This document shows positions 12,576 to 21,100 of a DNA stretch of 64,000 nucleotides, in pieces. Made by a program: the position numbers and the translations under genes. Below the pieces are notes generated by a model. The model saw only the letters and a program-made list of their open reading frames with translations. It was not told where the DNA came from and ran no database searches. The stretch spans positions 563,950-627,949 of the forward strand of contig CP065007.1 of NCBI GenBank assembly GCA_016699715.1. The letters run 5' to 3'. Source of the stretch: Candidatus Competibacteraceae bacterium. Lineage in GTDB: Bacteria > Pseudomonadota > Gammaproteobacteria > Competibacterales > Competibacteraceae. How positions within the stretch are numbered: the stretch's first letter is position 1; each line of letters opens with the position of its first letter.

Positions 12576-13814
12576 ATGATTGTATGTAGTATGCATGATG
12601 AAGAGGCGATCAAACACAAATTTCAGGTACTTAAACCACTTTTAGACGAGCGGAGCCGTCGATGGTGGGCGGCTTGTGAGGCCGAGGTACTGGGTTGGGG
12701 CGGAATAGCGGTCGTGTCGCAAGCCACGGGAATCTCCCGAACGACGATTGCGGCAGGTTTGCGCGAATACCGACAACCAACAGAGCGGTCGCAAGCGGTG
12801 GCGGTACCCCGGACACGGCAGGCGGGCGGGGGTCGAAAACCGCTCACGCAGCAAGATCCTCATCTGTTGCGCGATTTGGAATCACTGGTCGATCCGGTCA
12901 CGCGGGGTGATCCGCAATCACCCCTGCGGTGGACGTGCAAAAGTACCTACAAACTGGCGAACGAACTCGACGGGATGGGACATCAGGTGGGGGCGCGCAC
13001 GGTTGCACACCTCTTGCGGAAGATGCACTACAGTTTGCAAGCGAATCGGAAGACGCACGAAGGGGGAGATCATCCCGATCGGGATGCCCAGTTCCGTCAT
13101 ATCAATGACCAGACGAAAGCCTTTCAAGTCCGCCATCAGCCGGTAGTGTCCGTCGATACCAAGAAGAAGGAGTTAGTGGGCGACTTCAAAAACGCTGGGC
13201 GAGAATGGCAGCCCAAAGGGACGCCCGAGGCTGTTCGGGTCTACGATTTTCTGGATCCGCAGCTGGGCAAAGCGGTGCCCTATGGGGTCTATGATGTCAC
13301 GACCAATACCGGCTGGGTCACCGTGGGCATGGATCATGATACGGCGGAATTTGCCGTGGAAACCGTGCGACATTGGTGGCAACAAATGGGGATGAGGACT
13401 TATCCGGGCGCTACTGAGTTGTTGATCATTGCTGATGGGGGCGGGAGTAACGGCTCGCGTCTCCGACTGTGGAAAACGCAGTTGCAACAACTGGCGGACG
13501 AGACACAGTTGCGGATCCTGGTCTGTCATTTGCCACCCGGCACCAGCAAGTGGAATAAGATCGAGCATCGACTGTTTGCTTACATTACGCAGAATTGGCG
13601 CGGACGCCCCCTGACGAGCCATGCGGTGATCGTCAATCTCATCGGTAATACCACCACACAGACGGGTCTCTCTATCCATGCCGAACTCGATACTCGCCCC
13701 TACGCGACGGGAATAAAAGTCACCGATGAGGAATTGGCTGCGGTACAGATCGAGCGGGACGCCTTTCACGGTGAATGGAATTACACCATCGTTCCCAGAG
13801 CATCGGGAAAATAA
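12576..13814 (+). CDS. ISAzo13-family (Rhodopirellula-type DDE) transposase
   Basis: 412-aa ORF. LLDERSRRWWAACEAEVLGWGG N-terminus and the hallmark CHLPPGTSKWNKIEHRLFAYITQNWRGRPL segment. The stop codon (13812..13814) lies inside IRR. Confidence 0.9.
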   Translation: MIVCSMHDEEAIKHKFQVLKPLLDERSRRWWAACEAEVLGWGGIAVVSQATGISRTTIAAGLREYRQPTERSQAVAVPRTRQAGGGRKPLTQQDPHLLRDLESLVDPVTRGDPQSPLRWTCKSTYKLANELDGMGHQVGARTVAHLLRKMHYSLQANRKTHEGGDHPDRDAQFRHINDQTKAFQVRHQPVVSVDTKKKELVGDFKNAGREWQPKGTPEAVRVYDFLDPQLGKAVPYGVYDVTTNTGWVTVGMDHDTAEFAVETVRHWWQQMGMRTYPGATELLIIADGGGSNGSRLRLWKTQLQQLADETQLRILVCHLPPGTSKWNKIEHRLFAYITQNWRGRPLTSHAVIVNLIGNTTTQTGLSIHAELDTRPYATGIKVTDEELAAVQIERDAFHGEWNYTIVPRASGK

Positions 13815-13836
13815 CCAAGTTATTTTTGCGCGGTTC
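13808..13836. repeat. Right terminal inverted repeat of the ISAzo13-family element
   Basis: See the mobile-element entry. Confidence 0.85.
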
Positions 13837-13849
13837 CTAAGGAATTCTT

Positions 13850-14683
13850 ATGCTGATCCGGGCCGGTTACGACATTATCTTCGAGCATCCGGCACCGACG
13901 CCGATCATCGTGATGCTCTATCCTCATCCCTCACGCGGACCCTCGATTCGTCGGGGCGACTATCTGCTGGTCGAACCGCCGGTGCAGGTCAGCGAATACA
14001 TCGACGTGTTTGGCAACCGCTGTGGCCGTTTGGTGGCCCCCGCCGGTCCCATCCGCTTTTGGAACGACGCGGTGGTCGAGGATAGCGGTCAGCCGGACCA
14101 GCAGAATCCCGCCGCCGAACAGCACGAAATCCACGACTTGCCGGATGCGACGCTCACCTTCCTGATGCCGAGCCGTTATTGCGAGGTGGATCGGATGGTG
14201 GATCTGGCCTGGCAACTGTTCGGCACCGTGCCGAAGGGTTGGGCGCGAGTACAGGCAATCTGTGACTTCGTGCATAATCACATCATGTTCGACTATATGC
14301 AGGCCCGCAAGACCCGTACCGCCTACGAAACCTATCAAGAGCGAGTCGGCGTCTGTCGTGACTTCACCCACTTGGCGGTCACGTTCTGCCGCTGCTTGAA
14401 CATCCCGGCGCGATATTGCACCGGCTATCTGGGCGACATCGGGGTGCCGGTGACGGGTCCGATGGATTTCAGCGCCTGGTTCGAGGCGTATTTGGGCGGT
14501 CGCTGGTACCCTTTCGATCCGCGTAACAACATACCTCGCATCGGTCGAGTGCTGATGGCCCATGGTCTCGATGCCGCCGATGTGGCGCTGCTGACTTCTT
14601 TCGGCCCCAGCCGGTTGGAACGATTCACGGTATGGACCGACGAGGTGGGCGAGGACGCCCTGTTGCCGGTCCCGAGTCCATAG
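13850..14683 (+). CDS. Transglutaminase-like family protein (second, shorter paralog type)
   Basis: 277-aa ORF. GVCRDFTHLAVTFCR (Cys) and ...MDFSAWFEAYLGGRWYPFDPRN (Asp present; Ser where His is expected). AAGGA RBS 8 nt upstream of the ATG, immediately after the IS end. Confidence 0.85.
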   Translation: MLIRAGYDIIFEHPAPTPIIVMLYPHPSRGPSIRRGDYLLVEPPVQVSEYIDVFGNRCGRLVAPAGPIRFWNDAVVEDSGQPDQQNPAAEQHEIHDLPDATLTFLMPSRYCEVDRMVDLAWQLFGTVPKGWARVQAICDFVHNHIMFDYMQARKTRTAYETYQERVGVCRDFTHLAVTFCRCLNIPARYCTGYLGDIGVPVTGPMDFSAWFEAYLGGRWYPFDPRNNIPRIGRVLMAHGLDAADVALLTSFGPSRLERFTVWTDEVGEDALLPVPSP

Positions 14684-14815
14684 AGCGTCGGCTCAGTTCG
14701 AACGGCCTGTCAAAAATCCCCGATCCGCTGCCCGAACCATCTCAGTTACCTTAAATATCACAGACTCGCTTGGATCTCCCGGTCGGCGCACCCGCGAAAT
14801 TTGGCGGGATCGATC

Positions 14816-15697
14816 ATGACGCTCGCCCGTTATCACCTCGGCTGTCCGGTGTGGAGCAACCGCGACTGGGTCGGCGAGCTGTTCGCCCCCGCCGCCAAGC
14901 CCCGTGATTTCCTGCGCCAGTATTCGGCGGTGTTCGACACGGTTGAGGGCAACAACTGCTTCTACGGGTTGCCCAGGCCGGAAACCGTCCTGCGCTGGCG
15001 GGACGAGGCCGCGCCGGGGTTCCGGTTCTGTTTCAAGTTTCCGCGTGTCATCAGCCACGAGCGGCGGCTACATGGCGTTACGGCGGAGACGACGGAGTTC
15101 CTGACGCGGTTGACGCCGCTGGCGGAGGCCGGGCGGCTGGGTCCGAGCTTCCTGCAATTGCCGCCCCGCTTTGGTCCGAACGATCTACCGGTGTTGCGCG
15201 ATTATCTGAGCGCGCTGCCGGCCGGATTTCAGTACGCGGTCGAGGTGCGGCATCGAGCCTTTTTCGCCAAGGGCGAGGCGGAGCGCCAGTTGAACCGGTT
15301 GTTACGGGATCTCGGTCTCGACCGAGTCATGCTGGACAGCCGCGCCTTGTTCGATGCCGACCCGAGCGATCCGGATACCCGAACCGCCCAGGGTCGGAAA
15401 CCGCGCCTGCCGGTTCACGCCATCAGCTTGGGTCCGCGCCCTTTCATCCGTTATATCGGCCATCCCGTCCCCGAGGCGAATCGGCCGTATCTGGCACCTT
15501 GGCTGGACAAACTCGATCTTTGGTTGGACGAGGGCCGGGAGCCATATATCTTCATTCACACCCCCAATAATCGACAGGCTCCGCTCTTGGCCCGGCTGTT
15601 TCACGAGTGGCTACGGGTCCGCCGTCCCGAAGTGGGTGCGCCGTCGCCCTGGCCGGCGAGGGCGACGAGCGACGATGGCTATGGCAACCCTCTTTGA
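14816..15697 (+). CDS. DUF72 (YecE-like) family protein
   Basis: Track ORF 14801..15697 (TTG), start moved to ATG 14816 (MTLARYHLGCPVWSNRDW...FDTVEGNNCFYG...FCFKFPRVISHE), which is the typical DUF72 N-terminus. Confidence 0.85.
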   Translation: MTLARYHLGCPVWSNRDWVGELFAPAAKPRDFLRQYSAVFDTVEGNNCFYGLPRPETVLRWRDEAAPGFRFCFKFPRVISHERRLHGVTAETTEFLTRLTPLAEAGRLGPSFLQLPPRFGPNDLPVLRDYLSALPAGFQYAVEVRHRAFFAKGEAERQLNRLLRDLGLDRVMLDSRALFDADPSDPDTRTAQGRKPRLPVHAISLGPRPFIRYIGHPVPEANRPYLAPWLDKLDLWLDEGREPYIFIHTPNNRQAPLLARLFHEWLRVRRPEVGAPSPWPARATSDDGYGNPL

Positions 15698-15771
15698 GTG
15701 GTGGAAGTGTGAGCCGCCGAGATCAATCCCCCTGCCGCTGACGCGACGTCCTCCTTTTTCAAAGGGGGGTT

Positions 15772-15823
15772 GGGGGGATTTCCGCTCCTGAGTTGGCCAC
15801 CACATCCTTGAGGAGCGCTATAG
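15772..15823. repeat. Dispersed palindromic (REP-like) element, copy A
   Basis: GGGGGGATTTCCGCTCCTGAGT-N14-TTGAGGAGCGCTATAG. CGCTCCT and AGGAGCG can pair. A second copy is at 53992..54047. Preceded by a G/C-run sequence (cctcctttttcaaaggggggttgggggg) of the kind seen in intergenic repeats. Confidence 0.6.
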
Positions 15824-15896
15824 CAGTCGGGCGCTTGGGTCGCACCAGGAATGAAGAAAAGGTATTAGCCCCTCTGTTGCGAAATCAGTGGTATTC

Positions 15897-18068
15897 CTAC
15901 TGCCGTTGCGGGAGGGAATCCGAGCGCTCGCTGTAGCGGGGAGACCAATGATCACGGCGCTCAATCCGGGCGGTTTCGCCGTTGCCGTTCAGCGCCCGGT
16001 TGGCGCTTTCCAAACCACGTTGCACTTCCGAGCCCACCACCTTGCTGGTGCGGCTGACCCAGCGGGTGAAGGTTTCAGCCGGACCGCGGACATCGTTGGC
16101 CGTGCCCGCCGCCGGTCTGGAGCGGCTCACCAGCTTGATCGGTGGCAGGGTCGGCGGTGCCGGTTGCGAGCGCGATTTCAGTTCGATCGGTGGTAGCGTC
16201 AGCGCCGTGGGTTGCGAGCGCGATTTCAGTTCGATCGGCGGTAGGGTCGGCGACGCTGGTTGTGGCCGTGGCGCGGCGCGGGCGACCGCTGGTTTGGCGG
16301 ACGCGGCGGCGGGTCGGGTCGCGCGCGCAGCAGCGGCGGGGGTCGCTTTGGCGGCGCGGCGGCTGCGGGTGGCCGGTGTGGCTTTGGCGGTGCGGCGGGC
16401 GCGGGTGGAGGTCGCCGCCGTTGGCGCGGTCGGTTTCGATGCCGATTTCGTGACCCGCGAAGCTGGTACTGGCGCTGGTGCGTTTTCTTTGACGGTGGGC
16501 GCGACGGGGGCCGCTTTGACGGTTCTTGCCTGGGTCGGATGTTTGGGCCGAGCCGCCGGAACGGGTTTCGGCGTGGCGGGCGTCACGATCTCGGGTGGAG
16601 CAACGATAACCACCGGCTCGACGGGTTCGACCTCGTTAGGAGCAGCGACGGTTGTTGCCGGTTCGGTTTCGGCATCGGTTTCGGTGGGCGCCGGTGGATC
16701 GGTATTGTCCACGACCGGTGCGGCGTCCACCTCCTGGCGTGATTCCGGCGCGGCGGTGGAGGTCGGTGGTGGTGGCGCGTCGGCGACCTTGGGTGTCGGA
16801 GTCGGGAGTACGGCCGGTTCCGCCGGTGGCGCGGCATCGAATGTCACTGGGGCGCTGGCGACGGCGTCCGGCGACTGCTCGTGATCCTGTCGGATCTGAC
16901 CGGGCGGCTGGAGGAGGAGCGTCCAGGCCAGCGCGCCCGCCAGCCCGAGTATCCCGGCCAGCCCCACCGACCGTCGCAGCCAGGGCGACAAAGTCGGCGC
17001 GGTGGTGTGGCGTGGGTGTCGGCGCGGCGAATCGGCCGACAGCGGCAGGTCCCAGTCCGGTTCCGTGGTTGGGGCGGACAGGATGGGCTGGCCGGCGCGC
17101 GCCGCGTCCAGCACGGCACGGATGGCGGCGCCGTCGGCTGGCCGGTCGGCGGGGTCGCGCGCCAGCAATTGCTCGATCAGGTCCGTCAACAGGGCCGCCG
17201 CGCCGCCGTGCCCGTGTTCCGGCAGCGCCGGTACCGTCCAGAATTCGATGGAACGCCGCAGCCGTTCCCGCTCGTCCCCGGTGATGCCGCCCAGTTGCTC
17301 GCGCCGCTGGCCGGCGCCTTCCTGACCATGCAGGGCCAGCAGCTGACCGAGCCGGCGCTGGGCCTCGGTGGTCGGCTGCTCGGTGATCAGGCTGAACAGC
17401 AGCAGTCCCAGAGCGTAGTAGTCGGCGCGGTAGTCCACCGCGTACTCGCAGCCGCCCGCGCCGTGACCGACCGGCAATATCTGCTCCGGCGCCATGGTGG
17501 CGGGGGTGCCGATGAACGAACGGGTGCTGTCACCGTTCTCACGTTTGAGCGAACCGAAATCGGCCAGCTTGAGCAGATCGCCGTCGTCGCCGACCAGGAT
17601 GTTGCTGAGTTTAAGATCGCGGTAAACGAAGCCAGCACGATGGATAACCTCCAGGCCCGTCAAAATTTGCCTGGCCCAGCCAAGAATGCGGTCCAGTTCC
17701 TGGGGTAGCGCATCGTCCCGTCGCTGCTGTGCCAGCCACTGACCGAGGTTGGCCTGCAATCGCTCCAGCACCAGCACCGGCTGATGGTCGATTTGATCGT
17801 GGTCGAGCAGGGCGACGATATGCCGCGACTGTTCGGCGCTCAGGCCGTCCAGAAAGGTGATCTCCCGCTCCAGGTGCGCGCGCCAGTGACCCTGTAGGGC
17901 GGGATCGGCCTGGGACATCGCCTCGGTGTTGATGAACTTCAGGGCGACGGCGCGTCCACTGGCATCGGTAGCCGCCCAAACTTGGCCGTAGCTGCCGGCG
18001 CCAGGCGAAAGAATGGCGCCGAGCCGGTAACTTCGGCCGTTGATCGCGATTCGTTCACCGCTTTGCAT
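15897..18068 (-). CDS. Hanks-type Ser/Thr protein kinase, single-pass membrane protein with a long Pro/Ala/Lys-rich C-terminal region
   Basis: 723-aa ORF. GAGSYGQVW (G-loop), VALKF (Lys), VYRDLKLSNILV (catalytic loop, Y-R-D), LADFGS, GTPATMAPEQ. TM segment SVGLAGILGLAGALAWTLLL at about residues 370-390, then low-complexity sequence with tandem PPIELKSRSQP repeats. Confidence 0.9.
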   Translation of the reverse strand: MQSGERIAINGRSYRLGAILSPGAGSYGQVWAATDASGRAVALKFINTEAMSQADPALQGHWRAHLEREITFLDGLSAEQSRHIVALLDHDQIDHQPVLVLERLQANLGQWLAQQRRDDALPQELDRILGWARQILTGLEVIHRAGFVYRDLKLSNILVGDDGDLLKLADFGSLKRENGDSTRSFIGTPATMAPEQILPVGHGAGGCEYAVDYRADYYALGLLLFSLITEQPTTEAQRRLGQLLALHGQEGAGQRREQLGGITGDERERLRRSIEFWTVPALPEHGHGGAAALLTDLIEQLLARDPADRPADGAAIRAVLDAARAGQPILSAPTTEPDWDLPLSADSPRRHPRHTTAPTLSPWLRRSVGLAGILGLAGALAWTLLLQPPGQIRQDHEQSPDAVASAPVTFDAAPPAEPAVLPTPTPKVADAPPPPTSTAAPESRQEVDAAPVVDNTDPPAPTETDAETEPATTVAAPNEVEPVEPVVIVAPPEIVTPATPKPVPAARPKHPTQARTVKAAPVAPTVKENAPAPVPASRVTKSASKPTAPTAATSTRARRTAKATPATRSRRAAKATPAAAARATRPAAASAKPAVARAAPRPQPASPTLPPIELKSRSQPTALTLPPIELKSRSQPAPPTLPPIKLVSRSRPAAGTANDVRGPAETFTRWVSRTSKVVGSEVQRGLESANRALNGNGETARIERRDHWSPRYSERSDSLPQRQ
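16137..16275. repeat. 48-bp tandem repeat (~2.9 copies) inside the kinase C-terminal coding region
   Basis: gatcggtggcagggtcggcggtgccggttgcgagcgcgatttcagttc (16137..16184) is repeated with a few substitutions at 16185..16232 and partially from 16233. It encodes TLPPIELKSRSQP.. units on the minus strand. Confidence 0.85.
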
Positions 18069-18169
18069 GGGACGTTCTCCAGGCTGGCCATTCTCGGGGC
18101 AGAATGGTAATCCAGTAAACTAATCGGTGGTCGCTGGGTCAAGTGACTCCGCTATTTATATCATTACAC

Positions 18170-21100
18170 ATGAAATCTGTATCGATACTGAATCGTGCCG
18201 CATCGCGTCGGCTGTTGCCATCCGCCCTGTTCGTGCTGGGCGTGGTTCTTGGCATGGGGGCGTTATGGGCGCAACTGGCGGCGATTTATACCCGGCCGAC
18301 GCCCCTGCCGGCGGCGCCGGCGCGGTTGCCGGCGGGCTTGCCGGAGGAGGCGGTGACCGTGCCCGCCGAAGCGGGATTTCAGTCGATTAGCCTACGCCAA
18401 GGGCTGCTGCTGGTTCGAGGACCGGACCGACCGATCGGCCAGCAGGACCTGGCCTTGTGCGATCAAAGCGTCGATTCCGCCGCTGGACCCGTCATGGCGC
18501 CGCTGTATGTCGGCTGGGACTGGCCACGGCTGCGGGAAGCCGCCGCCGCCAATCGTGCCGCTCGCCCCTCCCGGCCGATGGATGGCGGTTTGAAGAACTC
18601 ATTGCTGGACGATGGTCCCGACGGGGTGGACGTACCGGCTTTCGCCGTGACCGCGGAACCGGCGGGTGGGCCGCCGCGACCGTATGCCGACGCGGGGTCG
18701 TTGCGGGTGACCCTGTATGATCGCCGACCGGTCTTGCTGCTGGCGGACACGGCGGAAACGGGCACGGGGCCGGCGCTGGCATTCCGGCGCGATCTCTGGT
18801 TGCTGTGGAACGCCGGCCCGGTTGTCGCCGGGCACTGGGATCGCGCGCTGCGAATACGATTGCTGGAGGATCGCGTCTGTCCGCTCGGGCGACTGCGGAT
18901 CGAGGTATACGGTCCTTCACCGGAAAATGCCGGGATGGTCGACGCGGAACCGCGAACCGTGCTGTGGTATGCGGGCGACGGCTCGGCGCGGGAATTCCGC
19001 CTGGCGCCTGGCCATTACGCGCCCGCCGCGCCGTCACCGCCTCGCGAGGACGCCGAGCTGTTCGAGCGGTCGCTGGCCGCCGGTTTGCTGCGATCGGGCG
19101 AAGATGGCCGGATTGCCATTGCGCCCGCCGATCTGTCATTGCGCCGCGCGTTCGCCCGTTTTCACCCCGATCTGCTGGCATCCGGCGACGACGAGCACGA
19201 TTGGTTGGATGGACCCTGGAGCGCTGAAACGCAGCGCCTGCATCAGGCACTGCGTTTCAGCGTCACCGGCCGCTACGTACGCCGTCAGGTGGCCACGTTC
19301 AACGCCCGCCAACTGCTGGCGGCGGTGCGCTGGCGGCCGGAGAATGCCGATCCGAGCGGAGATTGGCGGGCGGATTGGAAGGAGGTGCCGCTGGTGTTGA
19401 CCGGGTCCATGCCACTGCTGGCCGAACGCCTGTTCACCGAAGCGCCACATGGTTGGCAAGCCTGGCGGCGGGTGGCGCGCTGGCCGGCACTGGAGCAGCG
19501 GTGGCCGGTGCGGTTTCGGTTAAGCCTGCCGCGACCGGCCCGGTCCGGCGAGCGGCTGGAACTCCTGGTGGTGGGCGGCCCTCCGGCCGTGAGCGGTGCC
19601 GCGGTGCTGGCCAGCGCGCCGCGTTGCGTGGACGCGCGACCCTGCGCCGAGCGGGATGCGCTGGCCCGCTGGTTGCGGCTGGAAATGCGGGCGGGCGCCA
19701 CGGAATTGGAACTGGTTTTTCAACCGCTGCCGGCCGAGGTATTCCCCGGTTTGTACCGTTACGACTTTGCCCATATCCGCCGGGTCGATGGTCGCTTGCG
19801 CTGGTACGATTCGCCGGGGGCCAATGGTGGCGATCCGTCCCGACCGTCGCCGGCCGAGGTGACGCTGCGCGACCGGGAAGGGACTCTGTTGTGGGAAGCC
19901 GGCCAACCGACCGGAGCCGTGTGGGAGCTGGGATTGGCGGCGCTGGTCGGTCTGGGTCCGGTCCATGCCGGTTCGGTGGGCGGCGTGCTGGCGCGGTTGG
20001 GCCGACACGGCGCAACGGTGGTCGAGGCCCGCCTGACCGTGGACTCTCGCTTGCAACAGGCAGCGCGGCGGGCCTTGCTGGAACGGTTGCCGGCCATCAG
20101 TACCACGGCGAGCGAAACCGATGCCCGACAGGAGGAGCGCGTGGCGAGCCTGATCGTGTTGGATGCCGACCGAGGCGATATCCTGGCCGTGGCCGGTAGC
20201 CCGGAACCGCCGGTCGGCATTGTCTGGAGCGATCTATCCACGTTCGTGGCGGCCGTGCGGCCACGCCGCAATCCGCTGTGGGTTCGAGCCTGGCAGCGCG
20301 ACGGCGATGGATTGGACTCGGCCGGCTCGGCTTTTGAGCTGGTCGATGCCTTGTTGCTGGAACGGGAAGCCGGCCATCGCCCGCAATTGGCGGCGGCGCT
20401 GGCGGGTTTGAGCGCCGGCGAGTTGGCGGGATGGCCGCCCGCGTTGGCCTATGGTTTTGCGGCGGACGCGGCGTGTTATCCGGTCCACGCCGGTGGTCTC
20501 GAACCGTCGGCGCTTTGCGATGAACCGGGTGGCGGGCAGACCTTACTGGAACGGATGCGACGCCACGGCGACCAGCGGTATGGCCTGGTTCAGGCGTTGC
20601 GCGATTCCGCGCGCGGCTGGTTCGCCTGGCTGGTGGAGAGCACCGATGCCACGCTGGACGACGCGGGTTCGTCGTGCCTGGCCAGTGCGCGGGCGCTGAC
20701 TCCGGCGGCGTTGCGGGGGGTGCGACCGCTGCTGGATATCATGGCCGAACTTGATTTCGACTCGGCCCAGGATCTGGATGGCGGCTTGTTGCCGGCCGGC
20801 CTGATCGCGGCGAACGATGTTTTGCGAGCCAGCGCGGCGGCACTGGAACCGATGAGCGATCGCGGGCGGGTCCGGCGCGCGGCGCTGGGACAGGGGGTAT
20901 ATGTCACGCCGCTGCAACTCGCCGAACTGGCGGCGGCTATCGCCACCGGCCAGCGGATGCCGCCGAGAGTGTTGGCCGAGCTGAACGGCCAACCGGTGCG
21001 AGATCCGGCGGCAACCGCGCTCGGCATCGCCACCGACCGTATCCGACGGGGCATGCGGCTGGCGCTGAACGAGGAACCGCTCCGTACCGCTTTTGCAGGT

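Larger units (their letters stand above)
12538..13836 (+). mobile_element. Intact ISAzo13-family insertion sequence (1299 bp) with 29-bp terminal IRs and a 5-bp CTAAG target-site duplication
   Basis: IRL 12538..12566 GAACTGCGCAAAAATAACTTGGTTATTTT. The reverse complement of IRR 13808..13836 is GAACCGCGCAAAAATAACTTGGTTATTTT (28/29 match). CTAAG lies at 12533..12537 and again at 13837..13841. One transposase ORF fills the element. Confidence 0.88.

Noticed and set aside
16137-16275. Checked whether the 48-bp and 18-bp tandem repeats (also 45958..46020) could be CRISPR arrays
   Set aside because: They are direct tandem repeats without unique spacers, lie inside long ORFs and are in frame. Not CRISPR.
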